Positions 55,802-64,000 of a DNA stretch of 64,000 bases are shown here, in pieces (position 1 is the stretch's first letter; each line of letters starts with the position of its first letter). The stretch is from Candidatus Levyibacteriota bacterium (GTDB taxonomy: Bacteria > Patescibacteriota > Microgenomatia > Levybacterales > UBA12049). Made by a program: the position numbers and the translations under genes. The notes beneath the pieces are model-generated. The model did not search any database. It was not told the origin of the DNA and saw nothing but the letters and a program-made list of their open reading frames with translations. The stretch lies in assembly GCA_003152105.1 (NCBI GenBank), contig PLZJ01000003.1:134899-198898 (forward strand), read 5' to 3'.

Positions 55802-57304
55802 CTATTTATGTCCTCCTATATAATCTAATAATAATCTAACTCCAAAACCTGTACCACCTTTGTCACCGAACTCATAAGGTTTTTCTGCAAATGCAGGCCC
55901 TGCTATATCTATATGCGCCCAGGGAGTTTTATTAACAAACGCTTGCAGAAATAATGCTGCTGTTATAGCACCACCATATCTAGACGAGGGAATATTTGCA
56001 ATATCTGCTACAGAACTTTTATTTAGTGATCTATATTCTCTCGGTAATGGAAGCTCCCAAATCTTATCTCCTGAAATTTCAGATGCTTCAATAAGCTTTT
56101 TAGCTACATCTTTATTATTAGAAAATAATCCAGCGATATCCATGCCAAGTGCAACCATACATGCACCGGTTAATGTTGCTAGGTCTATAATTTCAGTTGC
56201 ACCTTGCTTTACTGCATATGACAAACTATCTGCCATTGTAACTCTTCCTTCTGCGTCAGTGTTTAATATTTCGATTGTTTTCCCATTTAAGGCAGTTACA
56301 ACATCACCGGGAACAATGCTATTTGCAGAAATCAAATTTGGAGTTGCTGCGATAACACCCATTACTGAAAATTCTGGCTTTTTCTTCGCTATTACTGAAA
56401 ACACTCCAAGTACTGCAGCAGCTCCTGCCATATCCATTTTCATAGTTTGCATGTGATCTCCTGGTTTTACATTTATTCCCCCACTGTCAAAAGTAATTCC
56501 TTTACCAATAAGAGCAAGCTTTCTTTTTGATTTATTATTCTTGGGGGTATACGTCAATACAATGAATTTTGGAGGCAATAGAGATGCCCGAGCTATACCT
56601 AAAAATCCTCCCATTCCCATTTTTTTGGCTTCTTCTTTGTCTATAATTTTGCAAGTTATCTGAGGATCGGATTTACCAATTGAAGAAGCTAAGTCAGCTA
56701 AAAATCCTGGTGTTGCAACTTCAGCTGGCTCATTTACTAAATCCCTTGCTATTATAGTTGCCTGTGCATAATATTCGCCTTTTACAATTGCCGTTTCAAT
56801 GCTTTTTGTTTCATTCTTCTTAATATCTCCAAATAAGATTGTTTGCAATTCTTTCTTTCCTTCTTTTTGTTTTTTGTACTTGGAAAATGAATAATTTGTA
56901 AGCATAATTGTCTCAACAATTAAACTTGTTTGAGTAGACTTACTAATCGCTATATCATTTGGCAATGCAACCAAAACTGCCTGAATTTTTCCGGAAAGAC
57001 TCTTCGTTGCTTTTGCTATGGCAGTTCGCATTTTCGATATGCTAACTTTCTCTTTTTTACCAAGTCCAACTACCACTACTTGTTTTACGAGAGACTTCTT
57101 ATCTAGCGGCACGAATAATACCTGTCCTTTTTTTCCAATAAATTGCTCGAAATTTGCAATTTGCTCAATATGATCTTTTTGATTTTGCGTTAAGATTGAT
57201 GCATTTTCTGCCAATTCATATTGTTTTTCTCTTTTAAACGCAAATAGTAAGGCAACATCAGCAGATAAACTATCTAAGTAGTTTTGAGATATTTCGAATT
57301 TCAT
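55802..57304 (-). CDS. pepA: leucyl aminopeptidase (M17 family, PepA)
   Basis: NTDAEGRVTMADSL (M17 signature NTDAEGRL), GKGITFDSGG, MKMDMAGAAAV metal-binding segments. 500 aa. Confidence 0.85.
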   Translation of the reverse strand: MKFEISQNYLDSLSADVALLFAFKREKQYELAENASILTQNQKDHIEQIANFEQFIGKKGQVLFVPLDKKSLVKQVVVVGLGKKEKVSISKMRTAIAKATKSLSGKIQAVLVALPNDIAISKSTQTSLIVETIMLTNYSFSKYKKQKEGKKELQTILFGDIKKNETKSIETAIVKGEYYAQATIIARDLVNEPAEVATPGFLADLASSIGKSDPQITCKIIDKEEAKKMGMGGFLGIARASLLPPKFIVLTYTPKNNKSKRKLALIGKGITFDSGGINVKPGDHMQTMKMDMAGAAAVLGVFSVIAKKKPEFSVMGVIAATPNLISANSIVPGDVVTALNGKTIEILNTDAEGRVTMADSLSYAVKQGATEIIDLATLTGACMVALGMDIAGLFSNNKDVAKKLIEASEISGDKIWELPLPREYRSLNKSSVADIANIPSSRYGGAITAALFLQAFVNKTPWAHIDIAGPAFAEKPYEFGDKGGTGFGVRLLLDYIGGHK

Positions 57305-57377
57305 TCCTTATATTGTAATAAGTTTGGGCTGATAAATCAACAATAACACAAAGCTGTGATATAATTTGAGCATAAAA

Positions 57378-57461
57378 GCCGGGGTGGCGGAATGGTATAC
57401 GCGGTAGTCTCAAAAACTACTGATTATAATGATCATAGGGGTTCGAATCCCCTCCCCGGCA
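57378..57461 (+). tRNA. tRNA-Leu (anticodon CAA), long variable arm, 3' CCA not encoded
   Basis: Hand-folded cloverleaf: acceptor GCCGGGG/CCCCGGC, 3-bp D-stem, anticodon stem GTAGT/ACTAC with loop CTCAAAA (anticodon CAA), 16-nt variable arm, T-arm AGGGG-TTCGAAT-CCCCT, discriminator A. Confidence 0.8.
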
Positions 57462-57507
57462 CAAAACATGAAATTAATAAAAGAAGTTAATTTTTGAGGA
57501 GAAATAT

Positions 57508-59187
57508 TTATTTTAACCAAAGAACTTGATATGGCATAATATGCATATCCTGTTCTGGAGAATGCTTAGTTCCTGTTAATATATCTACCTTATTTTTGTG
57601 TCCAAATATTTCAATTTTTTCTTTGGGTAATAGAATTTCTTCATCACTTACATTAATTATTGAAATTAGCGATTGACTCCCCTTATATCTTTTAATAGTA
57701 AATAATTTAGTATCCAGATCTAGTATTTCTTGGTCAGTAGTCGGATTAAATAATGGCTCGTTTGCTCTAACAGAGAGCAATTTTTTATACCTATTATATA
57801 CCGTGTGTCTTATTGATGAAGTATCATTTATTTCATCTGAAAGTGTTTGAAACAAAAATTTTTCCCTATTTATTGCCCGTGTATAACCTAACTTTTCTAC
57901 TCCTTCAGTCCAATTTGGTGATCCAAAAAAACTATTAAAATATATTCCTGGAACTCCTTGAAGTGCAACCATTGCAGCTTGACTAGCCATAAATTTATCT
58001 ATATTTTTACCCATTGCCTCAAAAAATACTATATTAAACTCATAGGGCTTTTCAGAACCATCTTCAGCTTTTCTGTACAAAATTTTGCCTCCTCGACTCG
58101 CGCAATATGCAACCAGTGATTGCATTTCTTTTTCTGAAATAAAATTATAAAGCGATAAAACCGGAATACCATCATGGGAAGCACTGAAGTTGAAGAAAGT
58201 TGCCTCATCTGATGGATTTTTTAATGTCTTTGCCCAGTTAGTTAATACACTGGCGTCTCCATTTATAAACGTATGAAGTAAAAGTGGTGGAAGTGCAAAA
58301 TTATAGACAAGTTGCGCTTCATCATTTCCGTTCCCAAAATAAGATATATTTTCGAGATGTGGTCTATTTTGTTCTGTAATTAGCCAAACATTCGGTGAAA
58401 CTTGATTTACTACTTCTCTAAATATTTTTATTATTTCGTGAGTTTGTGGTAAGTCGACTGAATAGGTACCCAGTTGCTTCCACATCATATGAACCGCATC
58501 CATCCGTATTAGTTTTGCTCCATTTTTAATGTAAAATAAAAAGACTTTTATCATTTCAAGTAGAACTTCTGGGTTTTCGAAATTAACATCTATCTGATCA
58601 GCAGAAAAAGTTGTCCAAACATATTTTTTACCAATTTTGGTTTCAAACGCGGTTAACAAAGGGTGCGCTCGAGGACGAAATACTTTTGATACATCGACTT
58701 CCTCATCAAATGCGATAAAAAAATTTACAAATTTACTATCTCCTTCAAGAAATTTTTTAAACCAAACACTCTTTTGTGAAATATGATTACATACAAAGTC
58801 ATACATTAAATCAAAATCAGTTGCAATCGCTCTAACGTCATCCCAAGATCCAAATTCATCTTTTACCTTATAATAATTTATTACAGAAAACCCATCGTCT
58901 GATGAGTAAGGATAAAAGGGTAAAAAATGTACTTTTGGAATACTTCCCTTAACATACTTATTGAGAAATGTATGCATTGTTTGAAAAGTTTTTTTATTCT
59001 CTTCATACACATGGTCTGCGTAACAAATAAGTACAGCATCTTTTTCTGAATACAGTGGGATAGATTTCTTAGGTGCCTTAAACTCTTTAGAAAATGCAGT
59101 GAGAATATGTTGCAGCTTTTTATTTATTTCTTCTCCTCGTTTAGGATATAAGAATTCAAGCTTTTCAATGAATACGTTATCTTTCAT
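57508..59187 (-). CDS. GH13 sucrose phosphorylase-family enzyme (sucrose / glucosylglycerate phosphorylase-like)
   Basis: ICYADHV...FLPFYPYSSDDGFSVINYYKVKDEFGSWDDV, IRMDAVHMMWKQLGT (RxDAV nucleophile region), YNFALPPLLLHTF and FFNFSASHDGI all match GH13_18 sucrose phosphorylase conserved blocks. 559 aa. Confidence 0.75.
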   Translation of the reverse strand: MKDNVFIEKLEFLYPKRGEEINKKLQHILTAFSKEFKAPKKSIPLYSEKDAVLICYADHVYEENKKTFQTMHTFLNKYVKGSIPKVHFLPFYPYSSDDGFSVINYYKVKDEFGSWDDVRAIATDFDLMYDFVCNHISQKSVWFKKFLEGDSKFVNFFIAFDEEVDVSKVFRPRAHPLLTAFETKIGKKYVWTTFSADQIDVNFENPEVLLEMIKVFLFYIKNGAKLIRMDAVHMMWKQLGTYSVDLPQTHEIIKIFREVVNQVSPNVWLITEQNRPHLENISYFGNGNDEAQLVYNFALPPLLLHTFINGDASVLTNWAKTLKNPSDEATFFNFSASHDGIPVLSLYNFISEKEMQSLVAYCASRGGKILYRKAEDGSEKPYEFNIVFFEAMGKNIDKFMASQAAMVALQGVPGIYFNSFFGSPNWTEGVEKLGYTRAINREKFLFQTLSDEINDTSSIRHTVYNRYKKLLSVRANEPLFNPTTDQEILDLDTKLFTIKRYKGSQSLISIINVSDEEILLPKEKIEIFGHKNKVDILTGTKHSPEQDMHIMPYQVLWLK

Positions 59188-59217
59188 ATCTATCGATAAT
59201 AGTAAACAATTTGCCTG

Positions 59218-60549
59218 TTATGCTTCTGGTCTTTTCTTATCAACATTATAAAAACGAATTCTATCTCCACGAAACATTAAGTCAACTTCGCCCATTGGAC
59301 CATTTCTATGTTTTGCAATTAATACTTTTGTTTGAATGTTTGGTGTAATAATTTCTGTTTCTGGTCTATAGATAAACATAACCACATCAGCATCTTGTTC
59401 AATAGCACCACTTTCACGAAGATCTGATAACTGTGGCTTCTTATCTCCTCCACGACTTTCAACGCTTCGATTAAGTTGTGATACAGCAAGTACGGGAATT
59501 TTAAGTTCTCTTGCAATATTTTTCATGGCCTGTGAAACAACTGATACTTCTTGCGTTCGACTTTCAAATTTTCTTCCTGGGTCAACAAGCTGTAAATAAT
59601 CAACAATTAATAGACCAATATCTTGTTCAAGCTGTAAACGTCTTGCTTTTGTTCTAATTTCAGATATTGTAATACCTGGTGTATCATCAATAAAAATTGG
59701 CGCCTCAGCAAGTTCTCCCATTGCATCAGATAATTTTGTGAAATCATCTTCATTTAAATTTCCCGTTTTTAATTTCCACGCATCAACATCTGCTTGTCCA
59801 ACTAGTAACCTATCAACAAGCTCTTCTTGACTCATCTCAAGAGAAAATATTCCAACTGGTGCTTTTTCAACTACTGCAATATGCTGTGCAATATTAATTA
59901 CCATAGCTGTTTTTCCTTGTCCAGGTCTTGCAGCAAGAATAAGTAAATTTGATTTTTGCATTCCAGATAAAACGTTATCTAAATCAACAAATCCTGTTTT
60001 TATGCCTCTAAGTCCTGCACCTTTTTTATGTAATTCATCAATTCTGTCAAAGCTTTCTGCAAGTCCTTCTTTGATTGCGCGAAACCCTCTTTTTAGATTT
60101 TTTTGAGAAATTGAAAATATTAATGATTCAGCTTTATCTATAATTTCACTGGTTTCAACTTCCTCATCGAATCCATATTCGGCAATCTGTCCTCCAGAAT
60201 GAATTAGTTCTCGTCTACTCGATGTTTCCTTAACAAGCTTAGCGTATTGCTCAATATTTGCTGCAGTGGGAACACTATTAATAAGATCTTTTAAATAGTC
60301 CGATCCTACTTTATCTAGTTCTTTTCGTTTTTTTAAAAGTGTAGTGACAGTGATTAAATCAATTGGTTTGCTCTCCTCAGAAAGGGTTTTCATTGTATCG
60401 AAAAGGATCTCATGAGTCTTGGCATAAAAATCTGAGGGTTGAAGAATTTCAGATACTATATTAAAGGCGTCTTTTTCTATGAGGATTCCACCCAATACGC
60501 TTTTTTCCGCATCATCATTATGCGGTGGAATTTTTTGAATTGTTGGCAT
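59218..60549 (-). CDS. dnaB: replicative DNA helicase DnaB
   Basis: N-terminal DnaB domain (AEKSVLGGILIEKDAFNIV), Walker A ARPGQGKTA, motif IDYLQL, arginine finger region RELKIPVLAVSQLNR. 443 aa, no intein. Confidence 0.9.
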   Translation of the reverse strand: MPTIQKIPPHNDDAEKSVLGGILIEKDAFNIVSEILQPSDFYAKTHEILFDTMKTLSEESKPIDLITVTTLLKKRKELDKVGSDYLKDLINSVPTAANIEQYAKLVKETSSRRELIHSGGQIAEYGFDEEVETSEIIDKAESLIFSISQKNLKRGFRAIKEGLAESFDRIDELHKKGAGLRGIKTGFVDLDNVLSGMQKSNLLILAARPGQGKTAMVINIAQHIAVVEKAPVGIFSLEMSQEELVDRLLVGQADVDAWKLKTGNLNEDDFTKLSDAMGELAEAPIFIDDTPGITISEIRTKARRLQLEQDIGLLIVDYLQLVDPGRKFESRTQEVSVVSQAMKNIARELKIPVLAVSQLNRSVESRGGDKKPQLSDLRESGAIEQDADVVMFIYRPETEIITPNIQTKVLIAKHRNGPMGEVDLMFRGDRIRFYNVDKKRPEA

Positions 60550-60551
60550 AA

Positions 60552-61079
60552 TTATCCAAGTAGTATTACTTCCATTTCAGCTGGAAATTTATCAGCGGCA
60601 GTTACAAATTTTGAAACTTTCGATTTTGTTCCTTTTCCAAGTCCCGAAGAAACTTCCTCTGCTTTTTCACCAAATAATACTGCAATTCTAGGTGAAAGTG
60701 ACAATAGTGAAGCAGGACTTGCAATCGTATCGCAGTTACAGAGTAATATCTCTGTATCTTTTTGCTTTCCATGAGCTTTTTCTAAGACGCTCGCTTTTCC
60801 AACAAGAATATCAACACCATCAAGTACAATGGCATAAAGTAATTGATCTCCATTACCAAATCCATTTATTTTTATTCCGCTTATTTCGTATTCACCAGGA
60901 CCAACGATTGATACACGACTTGATTTTTCAAGATCAGAAGAAAAATTTGATTCATCAGCTATTGCATAAAAAAGCATTGCATCTGCTGTAGTTTTAACTT
61001 TTTTAGTAGGCTCAATAACAATAGATCCGAGCTTTCCTTTTACTTTCACTGCATTATCTTCAAGCATGACAATTTCCAT
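60552..61079 (-). CDS. hypothetical protein occupying the position usually held by rplI upstream of dnaB
   Basis: 175-aa ORF 2 nt upstream of dnaB on the same strand. The N-terminus MEIVMLEDNAVKVKGK superficially resembles L9, but the remainder does not. Confidence 0.35.
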   Translation of the reverse strand: MEIVMLEDNAVKVKGKLGSIVIEPTKKVKTTADAMLFYAIADESNFSSDLEKSSRVSIVGPGEYEISGIKINGFGNGDQLLYAIVLDGVDILVGKASVLEKAHGKQKDTEILLCNCDTIASPASLLSLSPRIAVLFGEKAEEVSSGLGKGTKSKVSKFVTAADKFPAEMEVILLG

Positions 61080-61167
61080 GTCCCTATCCTATCACATGCG
61101 TACTTTTCTTGACAAGAAGCGACTTATGAATTATTATAAGAAATGATCTCTTCTGACCCACTTACAC

Positions 61168-61602
61168 ATGAAAACGGAAAAAGTTGTGCTCTCATTTGTG
61201 GCCGCATTATTTGGACTAATTGTCGCATTTGTAGTCTTTTATTTTTACCAAAGTTCAAAAGTAATACCGGTTACAAAAACAGTACTTTCCACGACAAATA
61301 AAATATCCAATCCTACCCCAACTCCAGATAAAAGTTTTTTCTTAACAGTAGATTCTCCTTCAGATGAATCAGTTACCACTAATAAAACAGTTGAGGTTAC
61401 CGGTAGAACCAGTCCAAGCGCAACAGTTACGGTACTTACGCCAACTAACCAACAAGTAGTGCAACCTTCCCAAACTGGCTCTTATTCATTGTCAACTACT
61501 ATTGGGGATGGGGCAAACGTTATTGAAGTTACGGCAATTTCTCCAGACGGAGAAGAAAAAATAGTAGCAAAAACAATAACATTTTCGACAGAGAGTTTTT
61601 AA
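61168..61602 (+). CDS. membrane-anchored secreted hypothetical protein
   Basis: N-terminal TM (VVLSFVAALFGLIVAFVVFYFY), Thr/Pro-rich linker, Ig-like Thr/Val-rich body. Confidence 0.45.
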   Translation: MKTEKVVLSFVAALFGLIVAFVVFYFYQSSKVIPVTKTVLSTTNKISNPTPTPDKSFFLTVDSPSDESVTTNKTVEVTGRTSPSATVTVLTPTNQQVVQPSQTGSYSLSTTIGDGANVIEVTAISPDGEEKIVAKTITFSTESF

Positions 61603-61605
61603 TAT

Positions 61606-62367
61606 ATGAAAAAAATACTATTACTACTTATTAGTTTTATACTACTAGTAACCACCCATGGACTGGTTAATGCACAAACTACAACCTCTACTCCTTCACC
61701 TACAAATTCAGTTACGACAACAGATATTAATAATCAAATCAATGAATTAAAAAATAGAATATCAAGTAAAGTTACTCAGTTAAAACTAGTCGAAAAAAGA
61801 GGATTTATGGGAACGGTTACTGATACATCTAGTACCCAATTAACCGTAACGGATGCTCATGGAAACGCAAGAATAATAGACGTTGATGAATTAACAAAAT
61901 TTGTAAGCGATTTACTGGGAACTACATTTGGCATTTCAGACATTAAAAAAGGTATGGAGCTAGAAATATTAGGTCTCTATAATAAAGATTCCCAGCATAC
62001 ATTGGCACGTGTCATTACCTATACTACAGAACCAGTGTATATACACGCTACGCTAACAAGCATTGATACAAAAGGAAGAAATTATTATGGAGAAACGTCT
62101 AATTCAAAACAGGTTCTAATTGATATTGAGAATAATTCAAATATATTTGCCTACACTAAATCAGGCGGTCTCGCAAAAGCATCTTTCTCTACGGGAGTTG
62201 TAGGATCACATGTAATAGCAAATGGGTATTATGACAAAAAGGATCCGACAAAGTTAGTAGTTACAAATATTATTATATTTTCAGAACTTCCTGCTGATCC
62301 ATCTATTCCCGTTAATCTTACACCTACAACACCTATTACTTCTTCCCCTACTCCAAGTAGCAAATAA
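61606..62367 (+). CDS. secreted hypothetical protein
   Basis: Signal peptide (ILLLLISFILLVTTHGLVNA), Thr/Ser-rich N- and C-terminal linkers. 253 aa. Confidence 0.45.
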   Translation: MKKILLLLISFILLVTTHGLVNAQTTTSTPSPTNSVTTTDINNQINELKNRISSKVTQLKLVEKRGFMGTVTDTSSTQLTVTDAHGNARIIDVDELTKFVSDLLGTTFGISDIKKGMELEILGLYNKDSQHTLARVITYTTEPVYIHATLTSIDTKGRNYYGETSNSKQVLIDIENNSNIFAYTKSGGLAKASFSTGVVGSHVIANGYYDKKDPTKLVVTNIIIFSELPADPSIPVNLTPTTPITSSPTPSSK

Positions 62368-62368
62368 C

Positions 62369-63457
62369 GTGCAAACTTATATCTCATTATTCGAAGCTCT
62401 TAAAAAAGAACCAATAGATGCTATCCTTGTTTCTTCATCTCAAAATATTATTTATATCACCGGCTATTCTAATTTTTCCAAAGTTGAGCGAGATGCTTTT
62501 TTATTAGTGAGCAAAAATAATATCTATATACTAACTAGTCCGCTTTATAAAGAGGCAGTAATGAAACTCATTCCATTTGCAACATATATTGAAATATCTT
62601 CAACATCACCATTACGTAATGCCTTCGAGAAAATCAAATCGAAAGAAAATATTGAAAAACTTGGAATAGAAACAAACAACATTACCGTATCAGAATATGT
62701 AATTCTTAAAAAACATTTTAAACTTAGTAATAGTAGTATCATAGAAATGCTTCGTCAATATAAAACGAAATATGAAATCGAAAAAATAAAAAAAGCATGC
62801 GCTATAGGTGACAAAGCTTTTTTATATATCTTAAAACAACTTCGTGTAGGAGTTACTGAAAAAGATATTGCATACCTACTAACAAATTATATTAGAAAAC
62901 TACATGCGGAAATTTCTTTTGAACCTATTATTGCGTTTGGTAAAAATAGTTCAGATATTCATCATCAACCAACAAATAGTAAATTAACTAAAAATAACTT
63001 TGTGCTATTTGATTTTGGCGTATCCTTTAAAAACTACTGCTCTGATATGAGTAGAACAATATTCTTTGGAATACCAAATGAAAAACAAAAAGAACTTTAC
63101 AATACTGTTTTACTTTCACAAAATCATGCAATTAAAACGCTCAAAACCCAAATTACCAAAGAAAATCATGTAAATGGTTCAGTAGTTGACCAAGCTGCAA
63201 GAGGTGTAATTTCAAAAACTAACTTTCCTCTATTTCCTCATGGTACGGGACATGGCATAGGACTTGCTGTGCATGAAAATCCTAGACTTTCACCAAAATC
63301 TACGAGCACATTAATAAATGGTATGGTCTTTACCATTGAACCAGGCATATATATTGAAGGTGAAGAAGGAGTTAGAATTGAAGATATGTTTGTGATTGTC
63401 AACAATAAGATATTACAACTTACCAAAAGCTCGCATGCATTTTTGTATAACGACTAA
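62369..63457 (+). CDS. M24-family Xaa-Pro aminopeptidase
   Basis: HGTGHGIGLAVHENP (M24B metal-binding signature), FTIEPGIYIEGEEGVRIEDM. 362 aa. Confidence 0.8.
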   Translation: MQTYISLFEALKKEPIDAILVSSSQNIIYITGYSNFSKVERDAFLLVSKNNIYILTSPLYKEAVMKLIPFATYIEISSTSPLRNAFEKIKSKENIEKLGIETNNITVSEYVILKKHFKLSNSSIIEMLRQYKTKYEIEKIKKACAIGDKAFLYILKQLRVGVTEKDIAYLLTNYIRKLHAEISFEPIIAFGKNSSDIHHQPTNSKLTKNNFVLFDFGVSFKNYCSDMSRTIFFGIPNEKQKELYNTVLLSQNHAIKTLKTQITKENHVNGSVVDQAARGVISKTNFPLFPHGTGHGIGLAVHENPRLSPKSTSTLINGMVFTIEPGIYIEGEEGVRIEDMFVIVNNKILQLTKSSHAFLYND

Positions 63458-63502
63458 TATTCATCCTTGAATAATTAAGCTCAAGCTCTATATAATAATA
63501 GT

Positions 63503-64000
63503 ATGTTAAATGATCTAAAAAAAGATGTTAGTCTTATACGAATTCTCGTAATTTTACTAATTTTTGCAGTAATTGTTAATTTATGGACAACTCTTTGGTA
63601 CATTCTCGTTGATTTTTCAGATGTTCTTCTGGTACTTATCTTTTCTTGGCTTTTAAGTTTTATTTTAGAACCAATCGTTGAGTTTATATCAAAAGGTACG
63701 AAACTTTCTAAAGTATGGTCTGCTGTTTTAACATATGCTCTTTTTACACTTGTAATTTCCGTAGCAATTTATTTCTATATTCCTCCAATTGAAAATCAGA
63801 TATTTCGATTGCTACATGTTTTACCAGCTGAACTACAAGGAACTCCAAGCTTTATCACAAAATGGATCCTATCCTTTACAGGATCATTAGATACAATCCT
63901 TTCTGGCATACTATTTTATTTACCTTATATTGCTAATATACTCTTTCTATTTTTTATTACGCTTCTTATATCCTTTTACTTAGTTGTAGACAAAGCAAAT
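63503..64000 (+). CDS. AI-2E family (UPF0118/PerM-like) transporter, 5' portion (runs off window end)
   Basis: ATG at 63503 with an open frame to the window end. LIFSWLLSFILEPIVEFISKGTKLSKVWSAVLTYALF matches the AI-2E N-terminal consensus (L..P.V..L...G..R..A..L.Y). Confidence 0.5.
   Translation, partial: MLNDLKKDVSLIRILVILLIFAVIVNLWTTLWYILVDFSDVLLVLIFSWLLSFILEPIVEFISKGTKLSKVWSAVLTYALFTLVISVAIYFYIPPIENQIFRLLHVLPAELQGTPSFITKWILSFTGSLDTILSGILFYLPYIANILFLFFITLLISFYLVVDKAN

Noticed and set aside
57459-57464. Encoded 3' CCA on tRNA-Leu
   Set aside because: The sequence after discriminator A57461 is caa, not cca, so CCA is added post-transcriptionally. The tRNA end is set at 57461.
60552-61079. 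Calling this gene rplI (L9) on positional grounds
   Set aside because: Beyond the first ~16 residues there is no resemblance to L9 N- or C-domains. Position alone is insufficient, so it is reported as a finding instead.

Overview
This window appears to be bacterial accessory/cell-envelope DNA from a low-GC genome. It resembles CPR/Patescibacteria-like or other small-genome Gram-positive-like lineages, judged from DnaB, EF-P, YebC, RluA, a bacterial-type tRNA-Leu, and many N-terminally anchored secreted proteins with Pro/Thr linkers. The genome runs at roughly 28-33% GC on inspection.

Main blocks, in order:
- 1-7.3 kb: a YciI-like protein, a tandem zinc-ribbon protein and a GT2. These are followed by a membrane-anchored cohesin-like/CBM4_9 protein next to a GH5 cellulase-family enzyme that ends in a dockerin module. 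The two genes share a near-identical linker-coding DNA repeat.
- 7.5-24.5 kb: a large surface-glycan locus with at least nine glycosyltransferases, including a 968-aa GT2 fused to a polytopic membrane domain. It also holds a Wzx-like flippase, an exosortase/archaeosortase-like protein, a GT39/ArnT-like protein, a CPBP-like protease and a SAM methyltransferase. A second membrane-anchored GH5 and a PEF-CTERM (PEP-CTERM variant) protein lie a few kb downstream.
- 28.3-38.45 kb: a compositionally distinct island, visibly more GC-rich. It carries five uncharacterised cytoplasmic proteins, then a cofactor F420 module (cofE-cofD-cofC), an Fgd-like F420-dependent glucose-6-phosphate dehydrogenase, a second LLM-class F420 oxidoreductase and a Ddn/DUF385-family F420H2-dependent reductase. 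This is an unexpected redox cofactor system for this kind of genome.
- 38.5-64 kb: cytochrome bd oxidase cydAB, a half-size TauE, a stand-alone RelA/SpoT-type HD hydrolase, a membrane+TPR protein and a PseB/CapD dehydratase with an SDR epimerase. After an ORF-poor ~0.9 kb region with palindromes come YebC, an LCP-like protein, RluA, an MFS transporter, EF-P, PepA (M17), tRNA-Leu(CAA), a GH13 sucrose-phosphorylase-family enzyme, DnaB, an M24 peptidase and a partial AI-2E transporter.

No CRISPR arrays, rRNAs, transposases or integrases were seen. All functional calls come from motif recognition in the translated ORFs; no database searches were run.
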